Shown here: positions 1-12,540 of the stretch, piece by piece
Layout of the letters: every line of letters begins with the position of its first letter
Position numbering within the stretch: position 1 is the first letter of the stretch
Source: Balamuthia mandrillaris
Lineage: Eukaryota
Length of the DNA: 64,000 bases
Direction: 5' to 3'
Assembly: GCA_031835245.2 (NCBI GenBank)
Contig: JAVKOQ020000003.1
Location: 310,001 to 374,000, forward strand
Made by a program: the position numbers and the translations under genes
The notes under the pieces: generated by a model
What the model was told of the DNA's origin: nothing
Databases searched by the model: none
The model's input: the letters and a program-made list of their open reading frames with translations, nothing else

Positions 1-144
1 CTTGTTCTCGTTAATCGTATTCTTCTCGTCGTTTCTTTTCTGTTTTCTCCTTTTTATCTTGTCATAGTTGTCAACTCTCTGCTTTGCCATTTTCTTTGTT
101 TTGGGTTACACGCAACTAATTATGTGGTGGAACTACTTTGTTAG

Positions 145-1479
145 GCTGCATATCATCTCGAAATCAAGCCTTTGGTGGATCTTACCTGCCAAGCTATTGC
201 ACAGTTGCTGAAGGGAAAGAGTCCAGCTGAAATCAGGCGGACGTTCAACATTCTCTATGACTTCAGCCCTGAAGATGATGGTGAGTGTCCGACCATTTGT
301 ATTAGTATGATCTCTACTTATTTACTTTTTATAACATTAGCGCCTCCACCAACAATTCGAGATAAGCTGCGGAATAAACTGTGTAACCCAAAACGAAGAG
401 AAAAGCCAAAAAGCAACGCTCCAGAAAAAGAACCCGTTGGTAAGTTTCTTTTTTTATTTTTCGTGTTGACCTCATCCCTTGTTTATTTTTTCCTAGTGCT
501 GAATGTTTATGAAGACACAAGGTCTGTTGATGAACTCGTGTCGTTCATCAATAACGACAGCAAGTCCGGACGGAACAAAAAGCCTGCAGGAAAGGCAGGC
601 AAACGGGCGCGACAGCGAAGAAAGAAGCAAAAGAAATTGGGTCAAGAACAAAAGGCACAACAAACACAGAACGGCGGTACCACCAAATCACATCCTGGCA
701 GTTTGCGGAGTTCGCGGGATCGAGACCACGAGAAAGAGGAGGAAGCTCACAATGGCACCTCCACACGACGTATGCTATCTAGCAGTGCCGTTCTGCCTCG
801 GCAAAGCGGATTGGACCAAGATTCATCGTTCAAGAACGCTGCTTCGCGAGTGCGAACGGACGACGATAACCATTCCTTGCAACACACAACTGACTATGTA
901 CAGACAACATCTCCTCATTCTTCTCCTCATCACTCTTGTAAAAAAATCGAGCAACAAGCATCTCCAAAAGGTTCGTTAACAAGCGAACAACAGCAACTAC
1001 AGTGGGAAGACACTGACAGCGACAGCAGCATTTCTGAAGAGGAGGACGAGGAAGGAGGCTTGGATAACCAAGAATTGCTTCAGATCTTAGGATTCAACCC
1101 GCAACACCCCACCAGCAGCAAATCCATACAGAAGCTCAACCGTACTAGAGACCATCTTAGTGGCGAGGGCGATGCAGACGGCAACGGAGACGGGCGCTCC
1201 TCCGGTGAGTGCTCTACGCCCGTTGCGCTGGAAGAGGACATTTGGACCGAAGAGGAAGATTTGGATGATATGGACCCGGAACTCAAGGCACAGCAAGACA
1301 AAGAAGTGGAAGAGTTTAGAGTGCGATTAGAACAGATCAACCAGACAGTATGCTACTCTCTCCTCCTTTATTTTTTCTTTTATTAATCTTTTCTCTCTTT
1401 CGCACAGACACTAAACCGGTCGCGGATATCTCTCCCCACAACATTATCACTGGCCTTGATTGACAGTCTACGCAGCTAG
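145..1479 (+). CDS. SKP1-like protein with long C-terminal extension (plant ASK20/21-type); 5' part lies upstream of the window; multi-exon
   Basis: SKP1 dimerisation motif AAYHLEIKPLVDLTCQAIAQLLKGKSPAEIRRTFNI; ASK21-like motifs DTRSVDELVSFIN and DDMDPELKAQQDKEVEEFRVRL; last exon 1408-1479 ends TAG. Confidence 0.85.
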
Positions 1480-2204
1480 TTTAGTATGTCGTTGGTAGTG
1501 GTTGGTGGTGGTGGCGACGGTCATGGTGACAGCTGGTCAGCAAAACGTCATGGAGCAAGGACTTGTCTTGCGCATTCCAACAGATTTTTCATAAAACAAG
1601 GCACATTCCCTCTTCACCAGGTAACACAACCATACTTTGCTTGCTCTTCTACTCTTCCATCAACTGACTTGGTGCTTTTCACGCGAACCAAGGTCAAGGC
1701 AGATATTACAGCCGCTCGTGAGGAGGGGAGCTTGCTGCATTATTTATTTATTCATTCCAACGGAGAGAAGAGGTAAGGACGAACATCGCGGAAGCAGCCT
1801 TTTGATTTCTTCCTGGAGGCTGCGGACCTTTTTTCTTTTTCACCAAAACCTTTTCCTCCACAACAACGAGAAGAGAGAGCACTGGAGTACACATTAATAG
1901 CAGAACGAACGAAACAATAACATTTTTGAGTCAGCCCTGTGTTGCAGGTTCTCCTTTCTCTCTGCGTCACGCTAAGGCCTTCCATCCCTGCATCAATACC
2001 CAGGTCGTCATGAATGACTGCTACTCGTAGAGTTTTACGAATATCTATTAGGTTGATGGGACGGGGCTGGCTTTGGTTTAAAACGAACAGCAAAAAAGCC
2101 AAGAGAGAAGCCAACAACTGCTGCTGCTGCTGGGATTTGCTTCACCACCACCACACACACAGGGACGAACCATCGCCTCATCTCCTAGGAAAACAAAAAA
2201 AAAA

Positions 2205-3081
2205 ATGACAGACCCACTCTCACCATCTCTTGACTCTATGACGCTGGGCGAGAGCCGTCTCATCACAGAAGAGGAATTAGAGGGTTTGCATGACAATCCC
2301 TACCTACAGATCAACCCAACCATGCTTCACTTTCCTCGTGCGTTCCGACTTTCTTCCTTTCCCCCTTGTTGTTCTAACCATTAACTAAATATACGATGAA
2401 AAAAAAAACAGCACCATTGAACAGGATCATCACCAACATCTTGACGCTACGCAACACCAGCACAGACAAGTACATAGCTTACAAAGTGAAGACCACGCGG
2501 CCTAACCGCTACTGCGTTCGGCCGAGCATGGGCATGGTCTCTCCCGGTGAGGCTGTTGAACTTCAAGGTAGGCACTTCATTTCTTTTTTTCGATGTTTCT
2601 CTTTTCTCGGCATCAGCCTGCAATCAAATCAAATCAATGAAATCACTCGTTATGACTTTTTTTCCTGCTCACATCTTTCCTTCTCTGGATGTTAAAAATT
2701 AGTTCACTACAGTTTTCACAAAGATCCTCCAAAGAGTTTACGCTGCAAAGACAAGTTCTTAGTGGAAAGCATTGTGTTGAAGCCCGAGGTTGGCTCCTCA
2801 CCCGAGGAGGTCTCCCTTTCTGAGTGGGTGCGTCTCTCTCTTCTCTCTGTGCTCTTTGTTTTCATTTAGTGTTGTCTCTTCTTTCATGAGATCAGTCTAA
2901 ACTTTTGTTTTGTTGTTTAAAAAGTTCAAAAGGGCGTCACCTACAGAGATTATGAAACAAAAGCTGAAATGTCATTTCTCTTCAACCACTGTGAGGAAAC
3001 TACCTTCCTCCTCTGCTTCCTATTCTTCCACAACTACCACCACAGTAAGTTCTCTTTCTTGTCGTTTCTTTCTTTCTTTCT

Positions 3082-3112
<31 letters not shown>

Positions 3113-3557
3113 TCCCTCTCTTCTGTTATCTCACTACTTTTCTCATTCTTGTGCTTGCGTTTCCTTAACTCTTCTTCTCTTAAACCATCAAAATCAATGC
3201 AGCCAACAACGGGCAACAAAGCATCAACCTCACCAAGCATGGAATCCTCAACAATAATACCAGAGGAAAAACCACAAACAGCGGAACTGCAATCCAGATG
3301 CACCAACCCCACATGCCAGCTCCAGCACAAGAAACTCGCCCTACAGCTGCGGGACTGCCAGAAGGAGCGCGATGGCCTCCAAACGCAAGTACGCAGCCTT
3401 TTGAACAGAATCGAAAAATTGGAGGATCAGGGTTCGTCTCTCTCTCTCTCTCTCTCTCAGTTTTTTTATCTTCTCTTTCGTCATGTTTTGTTTGTCTTTC
3501 TTCTTCAAGATCTTTCGCTTCTTACTCTTCTTTCGCTTGCCCATACTCTCTTTCGCG

Positions 3558-3601
<44 letters not shown>

Positions 3602-3788
3602 AGGAATAGGGTTGCGTCAGCGAACAACAGGAGGACAGCCTTCAACAGGAAAGGCTGCCCCGACAACCATCACAAGCACGAAGCGACCTGGTCGATTTAC
3701 CGCTCTAACTCAAATGCCTCCGCGCCTCGTCATCCTTCTCTTCATCCTCGTTGCCGTCCTGTCTTTCGGTCTTGGCCTTCTATTCTAA
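2205..3788 (+). CDS. VAP/MSP-domain tail-anchored membrane protein, multi-exon
   Basis: MSP motifs LTLRN...IAYKVKTTRPNRYCVRP and DKFLVES; coiled coil; C-terminal TM segment RLVILLFILVAVLSFGLGLLF-stop. Confidence 0.88.
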
Positions 3789-3903
3789 TGTCTTTGTTTT
3801 TTCCTTTTCAAGTTTATAGTTTCGACGTGTAACACTTCCACGACTTGTGTCTTTTCTTTTTGCAGTGTTTTTGTGCTTTGGGTTGGCAGTGCTTTCACGG
3901 CCT

Positions 3904-4815
3904 TCACATCCTATGACCTTGGCTTCTGGGGAACTGGTCGTCCGGAGGGCATCGCCCCTTCTCTATGCCCAGGAACTTGCACAGCTTGCTGTAACAGCTC
4001 CCTTCGGCAAGGTCCATCACCAGCAGCTGCTCCGGAGGGACGATGGCCTGCACCAACTTGTTGTGCTGCAGGTAGCTCTTGATGGCAAAGTACTCGTTGG
4101 GGCGTTCTGACCCAAGGATGGTGCTCAGGGTGGCCAGTGCTAAGGCCGAGGGTGCTGGGTTGCGCTCCAGGTGGGCCTTCAAGGAGGGCCACCATTGGGT
4201 GACATTGCGAACGGTGAGGATGAACTTGGCGTTGGGATACATGAGCAGCAGCTCCTCGAAGAAGTAGGGCATGGGAGCGTCGGTGACGGCGGAGAAGTCG
4301 TCCCACCGTCGCACAATGTCCACGCTGAAGCCCTTCACGTCCCCAGCTGTGGGCATCACCAAAAGGTCTTCCACCGTGGCGGCTGAATACTGGGTGGAAC
4401 GAATGCCGAGCTCGTTCAACGCTTCGTTCAAGGAGGTGGTCCCTGTTCTGGGGAGCCCCACCCCGAAGACCTTGGGGGAGCCGGAGCTCGTTGCAAAAGG
4501 TTGGGACGGGAAGCCACGAAGGCGGTCAAAGTGGTCTCCGAGCTCTTTGACGGTGGAAGCACAGGCAGAAGGACAAGAATGTGTGCTTGCACCCTGCGGA
4601 AGCTCTCGCAAAGGCCGAGTGATGTCTGTCATGCTGTTGGTTGGTGGGCAGGAAACCTCCGCCGAAGGGCTGACCAAGGCCTGTTGCCTTTGTCCTGCGC
4701 ATCGCGGGGGGGTGGGCGGGTCACAAGGGGACAGCAAGGTACCAACCAACAGGCACAGGGAAAACCCCAGACAAAAGGACAAACCCCAAAAACCGATGGG
4801 CCCTCCCATCATCAT
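3904..4815 (-). CDS. P-loop sulfotransferase-family protein (Sulfotransfer_4-like), intronless, with N-terminal hydrophobic anchor
   Basis: KVFGVGLPRTGTTSLNEAL, AVTDAP, YPNAKFILTVR...WWPS, HNKLVQAIVPPEQLLVMDL; start assumed at the MMM run. Confidence 0.85.
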   Translation of the reverse strand: MMMGGPIGFWGLSFCLGFSLCLLVGTLLSPCDPPTPPRCAGQRQQALVSPSAEVSCPPTNSMTDITRPLRELPQGASTHSCPSACASTVKELGDHFDRLRGFPSQPFATSSGSPKVFGVGLPRTGTTSLNEALNELGIRSTQYSAATVEDLLVMPTAGDVKGFSVDIVRRWDDFSAVTDAPMPYFFEELLLMYPNAKFILTVRNVTQWWPSLKAHLERNPAPSALALATLSTILGSERPNEYFAIKSYLQHNKLVQAIVPPEQLLVMDLAEGSCYSKLCKFLGIEKGRCPPDDQFPRSQGHRM

Positions 4816-5023
4816 GTCCCTCCCCTCCACATAAAAAAAACTATCAAAACAACGCTTGCGCATATTTTTTGTTGGTCGAAACGACGCGAAATCCTCTCTA
4901 TTAGTTAAACATTAGGAAGAATATAATAGGGTGCCATTTTTATGAGTTTGACAATGTGGATAGGCCATATTGTATTAGGTTGGGATGCAAAATGGCTAGA
5001 ACCAACAAAAAAAGAAAGGAAAG

Positions 5024-5501
5024 ATGAAGAACAGAGACCTGGGCATTCTGTTCCTCTCTGCCGTGGCCATTCTGCTCTCCTTTCAGCAGCAGAGCTATTT
5101 CACGCTTCGGCCGACATGGATACAACCCATAGACACCAGCCACTTTGCAAATGGACACTTTCCTGCCCCTCACGAAACACTGTACGTGCTACAAACTTTA
5201 ATTTTTTTCTGCTGGTTTGCTCATCGAAAGAACTGTTTTTTCTTTTTCACAGACCTGTTCCTATCGTAGCTGACATTGATGGAGATGGCGCCAATGGTAT
5301 ATCACCTTAAACAAAAAAAAGCTATTTGTTTTCGTTAAGTTTTGACTCTTTTGTTTGCAGAGATTGTGTATGTGACGCCTGACTACCGCATCCGTATTTT
5401 GGAAGGAGCGGCCACCAACACCCCCCTCGTTGAGAACAACATGCTACAAGAACTTCCTATCAAGGTCTCCTCTCCTTTTGCTTTCTTTTTTGCGTGCCAG
5501 T

Positions 5502-5544
<43 letters not shown>

Positions 5545-8243
5545 ATTCATGTTACCTTTTCCATGCTTTCCTTGCTGTCCTCTTTTTTCATGCTCTTGTA
5601 TCACCTCTCTCTTTACTTTCTTTTTTTAAATTTTGTTTCTCACTTTCTTCCTTGCTGTCTTTCTCTTCTTTCTTTACTTTATCTTTGCTGTCTTTCTCTT
5701 CTTCAATAACTCAAACAACACGACAAAAGGCTGAAGCAACGTTGGTGACGGCAGGAGGCATTTCGTCAGGCAGCAGAGCGGTGGCGATGGCCACGGGCTA
5801 CCTCGAACCGTTCCGGGAGGGTCTGGTTCGTAAGCAGGCCATTGTGGTGGTGACTAACGGGTGGGGCGTCATGCTCTTTGACTCCAACCTGCGCCTCATT
5901 TGGGAGAGCAACGTGAGGGATGACTTATCCTCGGAGCTATACCATAGCGAGGTGGCCATCACCGTGGCGCCCTTTCCGGTTAGGGTTGGTGATAAGGGAG
6001 TCGTTGTGGTAGGAGGAAGGCTGGAACGGCGGCCTGATGTGGCCCGCTTGAGGTTTTATTTTCATTCGCTCTCTCTGTCTCTCTCTCCCTCCCTCTCTCT
6101 CTCTCTCTCTCTGTCTCTCTCTGTCTCCCTCTCTCTGTCTCCCTCTCTCTGCTTTTGTTTCTCCACCATCTTCTTCTTTGTTCCACATTCTGAATGTAAC
6201 ATGTATTCTCAAAAGCCATGAGTTGAGGGATATGGATGAGGAAGAGGGGGATGAAGATGAAGAACACTTTTCATACTATGCTTTCGATGGGCGCACTGGG
6301 GCACTTCGTTGGAAGCACGAGGCCGGCGATTTTTTCAAGAGCCAAGATCACCAAGACGAAGAGGTTTGATCCATTTTTAAATGATACACTAAAAATGCCA
6401 CTTATTCTTATGACTGACAACTCCTTTACAAACAGAAAACTTTATTGCCAGAACACAGCTACAAATTGCACGTAATTGGACACACAAAGCATCTCGGAGA
6501 ACTAGATTGGAAAGAGTTCAAGCAGTCTGTTCTCCAAAACCTTCCTCACGCCGTTTATCGCAAGGAGGAGGCCAGCTTTGCTCTGGATCACTTTGAACGA
6601 CAACATCACGCCGGTCGCTCCGGTGCTGCTGCTTCTTCTGAGTGGAAGGGTGAAGGTTGGGCATCTTTTTAAAGCTCCATTTCATTCTCTCATTCTCTTT
6701 TCGACCTCTTTCTTATTGCTTCTTGATCATTCGTTGACCTCTATTTTAAAAGCATTGGGTATTCCTTCTGACCACCACTTGCACGTTGCCGGGTTGCCAT
6801 TTGGTGGCTATGCACCACACACGGCCACTGATTTTATCAAAAAACCCAACGTCGTCGTTGCGCACTTGAAGTCTGGGTTGGAAGTGGTTCATCTTTACAC
6901 TGGCAAACCTCTTTGTGAACTCACTCTCGGAGAAGGTACATCCCATTTTACTCATTTTTGTTGCTTTGTTGCTGTACTCTGATTTCTGACTTTCAAAAAA
7001 AATCACAAAAAAATTAAAAAAAAAATAGGCCTGCATCTCGACATCAACGGTGACGGTGTCATTGGTATATTCTCCTTTCCATTCTCTGGGCTTTGCCCCT
7101 TCTTTCTCTTATTACTTTTAAACTTAACAAAACCGTTCCCAAACAAACAGATACCATAAAAGCTGTCAATTTTGGCGACGGTGAAGATTCGGGCACCTGT
7201 TACGCCTTCGCTACCAGCGGAATACCTCCCATGGAAACCCTCTTCAACACTTCCATCTGCCAAACTAATGACGGCTTCTTTGGTGATCTCTTCGCTGCCC
7301 CCAAAACCTCCAAAAAGGCACAACGCAGGGCGGCGAGAGAGGCCAAGGGCATGGAGGCCACCAATCCTGTCGCTCTCCAGAGCCCTCGCTCCTTGATGCG
7401 AGACCCATTACACAGCGACAAGGACATTGTCTTCTTGGTGAGCTCCGGGAAGATGACTAGCTTGGATAACAAAGGAAGAGTAAATTGGCAGGTGGAAACC
7501 TCCGTCACATGGGGACAACAGGGAGGAGGAGATGCTGCGGCGCGCAGGAGAAAGAGAAGCCGTCTTTGGGGAAGTCGTTGGTGGGACCCGACATATATCA
7601 AGCAGACGAGTCCTGAGTTTTCCGCTCCTGTTGTGCCTTCGCTTACTGTCTTTCATACTACCGCATTTGGAGAACAGGCATGATTTGTCTCTCTTTTGTT
7701 GCTCTTCCCTTGCCTTATCTCCTTTCTCGCTACCTTTTCTCCTCTTTTTTGTCCATGGAATCTTATCTTTTTTTTTGTGGCGTGAACAACAGGCTAGCAT
7801 TTTGGCAGCGGCAGACTCAATGGTCATAGTATCGGCAGATGGAGATAAGCTTGCCGAGGCCATCATTGAGGGTGGCGTCCCCATTGCCCCTCCCACTATC
7901 GCTGACTTTAACAATGATGGATTGAACGATATTATTATTGTCACCGCCAACGCGTACGTCTCTCCTCTCTCGCTCTCTCTCTTGTCTTTCTAATCGTTTT
8001 CTCCTGATTCTTGATTCCATGTTGACCTCCATTCTTCTGTCCTTTTATCACAAAAGGTACTATGGATACGCACTGGAAGGAACAACGGGTTCAATCCTGT
8101 TTCCATCGCTAGTTGGCCTACTATTATTTATAATGCTGCTGTTGGGATTGTTCAGCCGAATGGACCTCTCTGGCATCAGCGCCTCTCCCGATCAGTACTA
8201 TTCCAATGCTGGTCCTTCTGCCGCTAGCAGCAAGTACATTTAA
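5024..8243 (+). CDS. FG-GAP repeat-containing type I membrane protein, multi-exon
   Basis: Signal peptide MKNRDLGILFLSAVAILLS; Ca-loop motifs ADIDGDGANE, LDINGDGVI, ADFNNDGLNDIII; YYAFDGRTGALRWKH; C-terminal TM. Confidence 0.85.
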
Positions 8244-8596
8244 TAACACCGACAACTGGTTGTATCTGCTGCTTCACCTGCAGCTGTTAAAACCCAGCGG
8301 AAGAGAGCAGAGAGCAGAGAGCAGCCGGAGGAAGAGATAAGTGAGCAAGGACAGGAGAGAGGACATGAGAGCGAATCAGTGAGCAAGGACAAGAGCGAGG
8401 ACAGGAGAGAGTACGTGCATTTGAGGGGCAATCAATGCGGCAAAAAAAAAAAAAGGGAGAAAAGAAAGAAAAGGAAGAAAGAAACGGGAAAAAAAAAACA
8501 ACAACAGACCACCACCACCCACCGGCTGTTGCACCTCAACTCTACCACATCTTTTCTCAGGGTTCCCCAAAGCACAACGTACTAAAATATTAAAAC

Positions 8597-9381
8597 ATGC
8601 CACGCCCCAAAGGTAAGAAAGCAAGATTTTCTTTTGTTTGGTGTTTGGTTTGCTGATGGTGGTGCTTTTTTTGTTAAAAAAATAGGTGGTCGCGGAGGAG
8701 AAGGCGAAGGAGGAGCGCCCAAGAAAAAGGGAGCTGCCAAGGGAGCTCGCAGAGTACGGGGAGAAAAGACTTACCGGGACGCTGAAGAGATTGAAGTGGC
8801 AGAGAACAGCAGCGAGGAGGAGAACAGCAAGGAGGAAGAGAGCAGCGAGGAAGAGAGCAGCGAGGAAGAGAGCAGCGAGGAGGAAGAGGAAGGAAAAGTG
8901 AAGCCCAAAGGACCGGCAGAGCTTATAGAAACTGCTAACCCCAACCGAGCGGGCAAAAAAACTTCCATCAAGGCCGCCAACCTAGACGTCACCAAAACAA
9001 AGACTCAACTGTCACGAAAGGAAAGGTCCGTTTTGCTTCTTCCTTCTTCCTCACGTTCTCTCTGTTTTTTTTTTTAACTGACTGTGCAAACAGAGAAGCG
9101 CTTGAGAAAGAGAAAAAGAAGAAGGAATACCAGAAGCTGTATGCACAGGGCAAAACGGCGCAGGCTCAAGCTGACATTGCTCGTCTCCAAAAGATCCGAA
9201 GAGAGCGTGAGGCCGCTGCCAGAAAGGCTGAGGAAGAAGTCCAAGGTATGGTTTTTTTTTGCAACAAAAGTGTTTGTCTTTGACGCAACTAACGTAATGG
9301 ATGGTTTTTACAGCCAAAGAAGAGGCTCAAAAGGCTGCTCGGGCAAAGGCACAACGCAACAAAGCTTCCACCTATTTGTAG
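8597..9381 (+). CDS. PDAP1: PDGFA-associated protein 1 / HASPP28 homolog
   Basis: 16-nt first exon MPRPK(G); acidic SSEEE repeats; GPAELIETANPNR; QLSRKERE; YQKLYAQGKTAQAQADIARLQKIR. Confidence 0.85.
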
Positions 9382-9472
9382 TCCTTTTCACCTTCTTGTT
9401 TTTTGCTCCTCTCTAATATTCAACTTTTTTCCGATACCATTTTTCTCCATTCTTTGTTTTTAAATACTTTTT

Positions 9473-11154
9473 TCATTCTTCAAACTCAACAAAGTGTTGC
9501 AGCTTTTGGCTATAGCGAGGAGGCAGCTTTAGGGAGGCAAGATGTTCGTAGAACGCCGTCACAATGCCATAGATAGCATCTTGCGTTGCTGCATTTTTTT
9601 TTTTTTTTGCGTAAGTTGCAAAAGTTTGAGAGGAGAGAGGGAGAGGAGGAAGAGACAGAGAGGGAGTACCGGTGATAACAGCATGAGGTTGAGGCCGGAC
9701 CAAGCGATGACCTTCAAGAGGCGAGGAGGAGGAGAAGGGCACATCGCAAGGTTGCTCCACGTACTCCTCAACAGCCAAAAGGCAGGCTACCAGCGACTGT
9801 AGGGAGATGAGCACGCCCTCGCTCGTCTGCACCACGCCGTAACGATCCTCTGCCCGCGATTTACAAACCATTTGACTTAGTGCTGTTTTGTGTTACATCT
9901 AAGTCAGTAAACTTAATCGTTAAAAAAAAAGTCTCAATTTTGAAAATCCAACCTTTGATGCTCCAAAGGAGAAGGTTGTACTCTGCAAACAGTTGTTGGG
10001 TGCGTTGTTGATCATTCAGTTGGAACAGCCGCTGTCGGAGGGATTTAAAGAGGCCAGGTCCTGCTTTGCTGCGGCTAATGACAGATGAGGCAACTTCTCC
10101 TTTCCTCTTTGCTATGTTTTCTTCCTCTCTCAATGCTTTAACGGTTTCTATAGGTGGATCAAATCTATGCTTAAGCACTGGACAAAGAACAGGAAGAGAA
10201 GGTAGGGAAGAGCAACAAGAAATAAGCACGCACGTATGACTTGCATTACTTCAAGAGAGAAAGCATCGATGTGAGAACAACAGATATGCATGATGGCTTG
10301 CCATGTTCTGGCGGTATCATCTTCAAAGATGTTGGCACGGCGACGTGTGGAATGGGAGGCCAGCATGGAAAGGTCCAGGAAAGCCAAGTGCCGCATCAAT
10401 GGGTCCGTCTGATCCAACAACCCCTGTCCTAACCTATGCTCACTCTTTCCAGGAGGAGCGTTGGTAGCCAACGCACTTCGCAGTGGATCAAAACATAACC
10501 ACTAATATTGCAGCTCATACATTAAATACAAAGAGAGGAGAGAGGACAAAGTGAAGAAGGAAGACCAACCTGGGTGAGTATGATCTCCACGACGTTGCAA
10601 GAGAGCCGCCAACAAAGTGAGAGTAATGTGGCGGCGAAGAACAGCTGCACCATCAAGGAGAGGTTAAGGTGAGCTGCTGCTGTGCTGTTGTCAAGGAAAG
10701 AGGCAGAGCCCTCTTGCAGAACCTCAAACAGGAAATGAAGCAGATAGAAGGATGGCAAGGCCCATATTGCCTGTTTTAGCGAGTGTTGGAGTGCACCCCC
10801 AACTCTTGACTTGAGCTGAAAAACGCGTCCTCGCTATAATTATGTGAGAGAGAGAGAGAGAGAGAGAGATGTGACAAGCATGTCTAACAATAAACATTGT
10901 AGAGGAAGAATTGCGAGAGGTAAAGGCATCGTACCTGCAAAGATGGAAATGAAAGGAGGTGTTGTTCCTGCCGCAAGGTAGCAATGGCGTTCCACACGCC
11001 CAAAAACAACCCACACCCCAGCACAAACAAATAATTGGTATCCAGACACTGAGCAGCTGTCGGACCTCCTAAATCTGCTCCACCACTATACACCCTCCAA
11101 GTCAGCAATGAGGAGCACACGAAGGAGAGAAGCGAGAGCGTGTGGTGAAAGCGA

Positions 11155-11195
<41 letters not shown>

Positions 11196-11880
11196 TAAAA
11201 AAAAACCTAAGAAAGGCGGCGCGAACACAAGAGTCGGGATTAAGAAGGGAGGAAGAGAGGTGAGAACTGTGGATCACACGAAGGAAAGCCCATGTACAAA
11301 TGAGACCAGAGAGAGCGTTGCACGCCACGAAAAAGAGGTGGAGGGGCTGCTGGCTCACCGCCTTCAGCCACCGCCAAGCAACCGGCTCCACCGTGCGTTT
11401 TACTGTGGTATGAGTGAAAAATAGGATAGAAGTGGTTGATTGCTTGGCCAAGGGAGCAGGAAGAGAAGAAGACAAAGAAGAAACGCATTACCATGAACAA
11501 TACCACGAAAGGCTAAACAGTGAAGAGTGACGCCCAGTCCAAAGATGAGGCTAAGCGCCAACCGCCGGAAGATGCTCCGCAGCAACGACCCCTCTGTTGT
11601 AAATCAAATGGTGAGAAGAACGAAAAACAAAGAGAGAAAGAAGAGAGAAGAGAAAAGAAGGGAATCACACACAAAAGGTAGCAGTACCTGTAACAGCGAA
11701 AAAGAAAGGAGAGAGCTGGAAGCACTGCAGAGCCACCACAGAGACGGCAAAGACCCACACCGCGCACGCCACGGTCCTCCACCAGCGGACCTCCTCTCTC
11801 CATCGCAAGTAGTCCTGGGTCAGCCGGGCTTCTCCCCCCGTAAAGAAAGCCTTGGGCTCTGCGTGGCTCTCCTCTTGCAT
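9473..11880 (-). CDS. NDC1: Nucleoporin NDC1 homolog, multi-exon
   Basis: N-terminal multi-TM region (WRTVACAVW...); LMRHLAFLDL...RRRANIF; EDRYGVVQ; IYGIVTAFYEHL. Confidence 0.75.
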
Positions 11881-12120
11881 TCCCTCTTCCCTTCCCTTCG
11901 GGTTTGCAGCTGTTTTTTCCAAGACCGAAAGAACCAATGAAAATTCAGAATTTCTTTGATTCACTATGATCTGAACAGATTAACTATTATCATATTAGAT
12001 GATTATTAGCTTTGCTTAATGTTCCAATACCTAATCATCCTAATAGTTTGGGAATGTTTAACGACGCCTTTTGGGGGAAGAGCAGCTGCATGCCAAAAAC
12101 TGGAACTACCCCTCTCAACG

Positions 12121-12295
12121 CAGCCATTGTTCCTCCAGAGCGGCTTCTCGTGATGGACTTAGCGGATGGAGGATGCTCCACCAAGCTTTGCGAGTTCCTG
12201 GCGATAGGGAAGGATCAAATGCCCACAGGACGACTTTCCAAGGGAGAACGCCACAGAGCGCCCATATACGGAAACAAGCAAAAAGAAAGCCTGAA
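12121..12295 (+). pseudogene. Degenerate 3' fragment of a sulfotransferase paralog
   Basis: AIVPPERLLVMDLADGGCSTKLCEFLAIGK matches AIVPPEQLLVMDLAEGSCYSKLCKFLGIEK of the 3904-4815 gene; continues CPQDDFPR after a 1-nt frameshift; no upstream domain. Confidence 0.7.
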
Positions 12296-12540
12296 GATGA
12301 AGTATGACAACGGAGTGTTACTCTATCAAACTTTGGGAGAATGTACGAGGATCCTCGGTCAACCGCTTTTGTCAAACGCAAACCTCAAGTGAAACCTCCC
12401 CTCTGCCGTCTTGATCAGCCAAACAGAGGTGTGGCGATGAAGGAGAATAACTTGGCCAGCTTCTTTTTTTCTATCTTCTGTTTTTGTTTTATTGGGCCAA
12501 CTAAGGTTGCAGCTCAACCGACATAAAACCAGTTCTCCTC

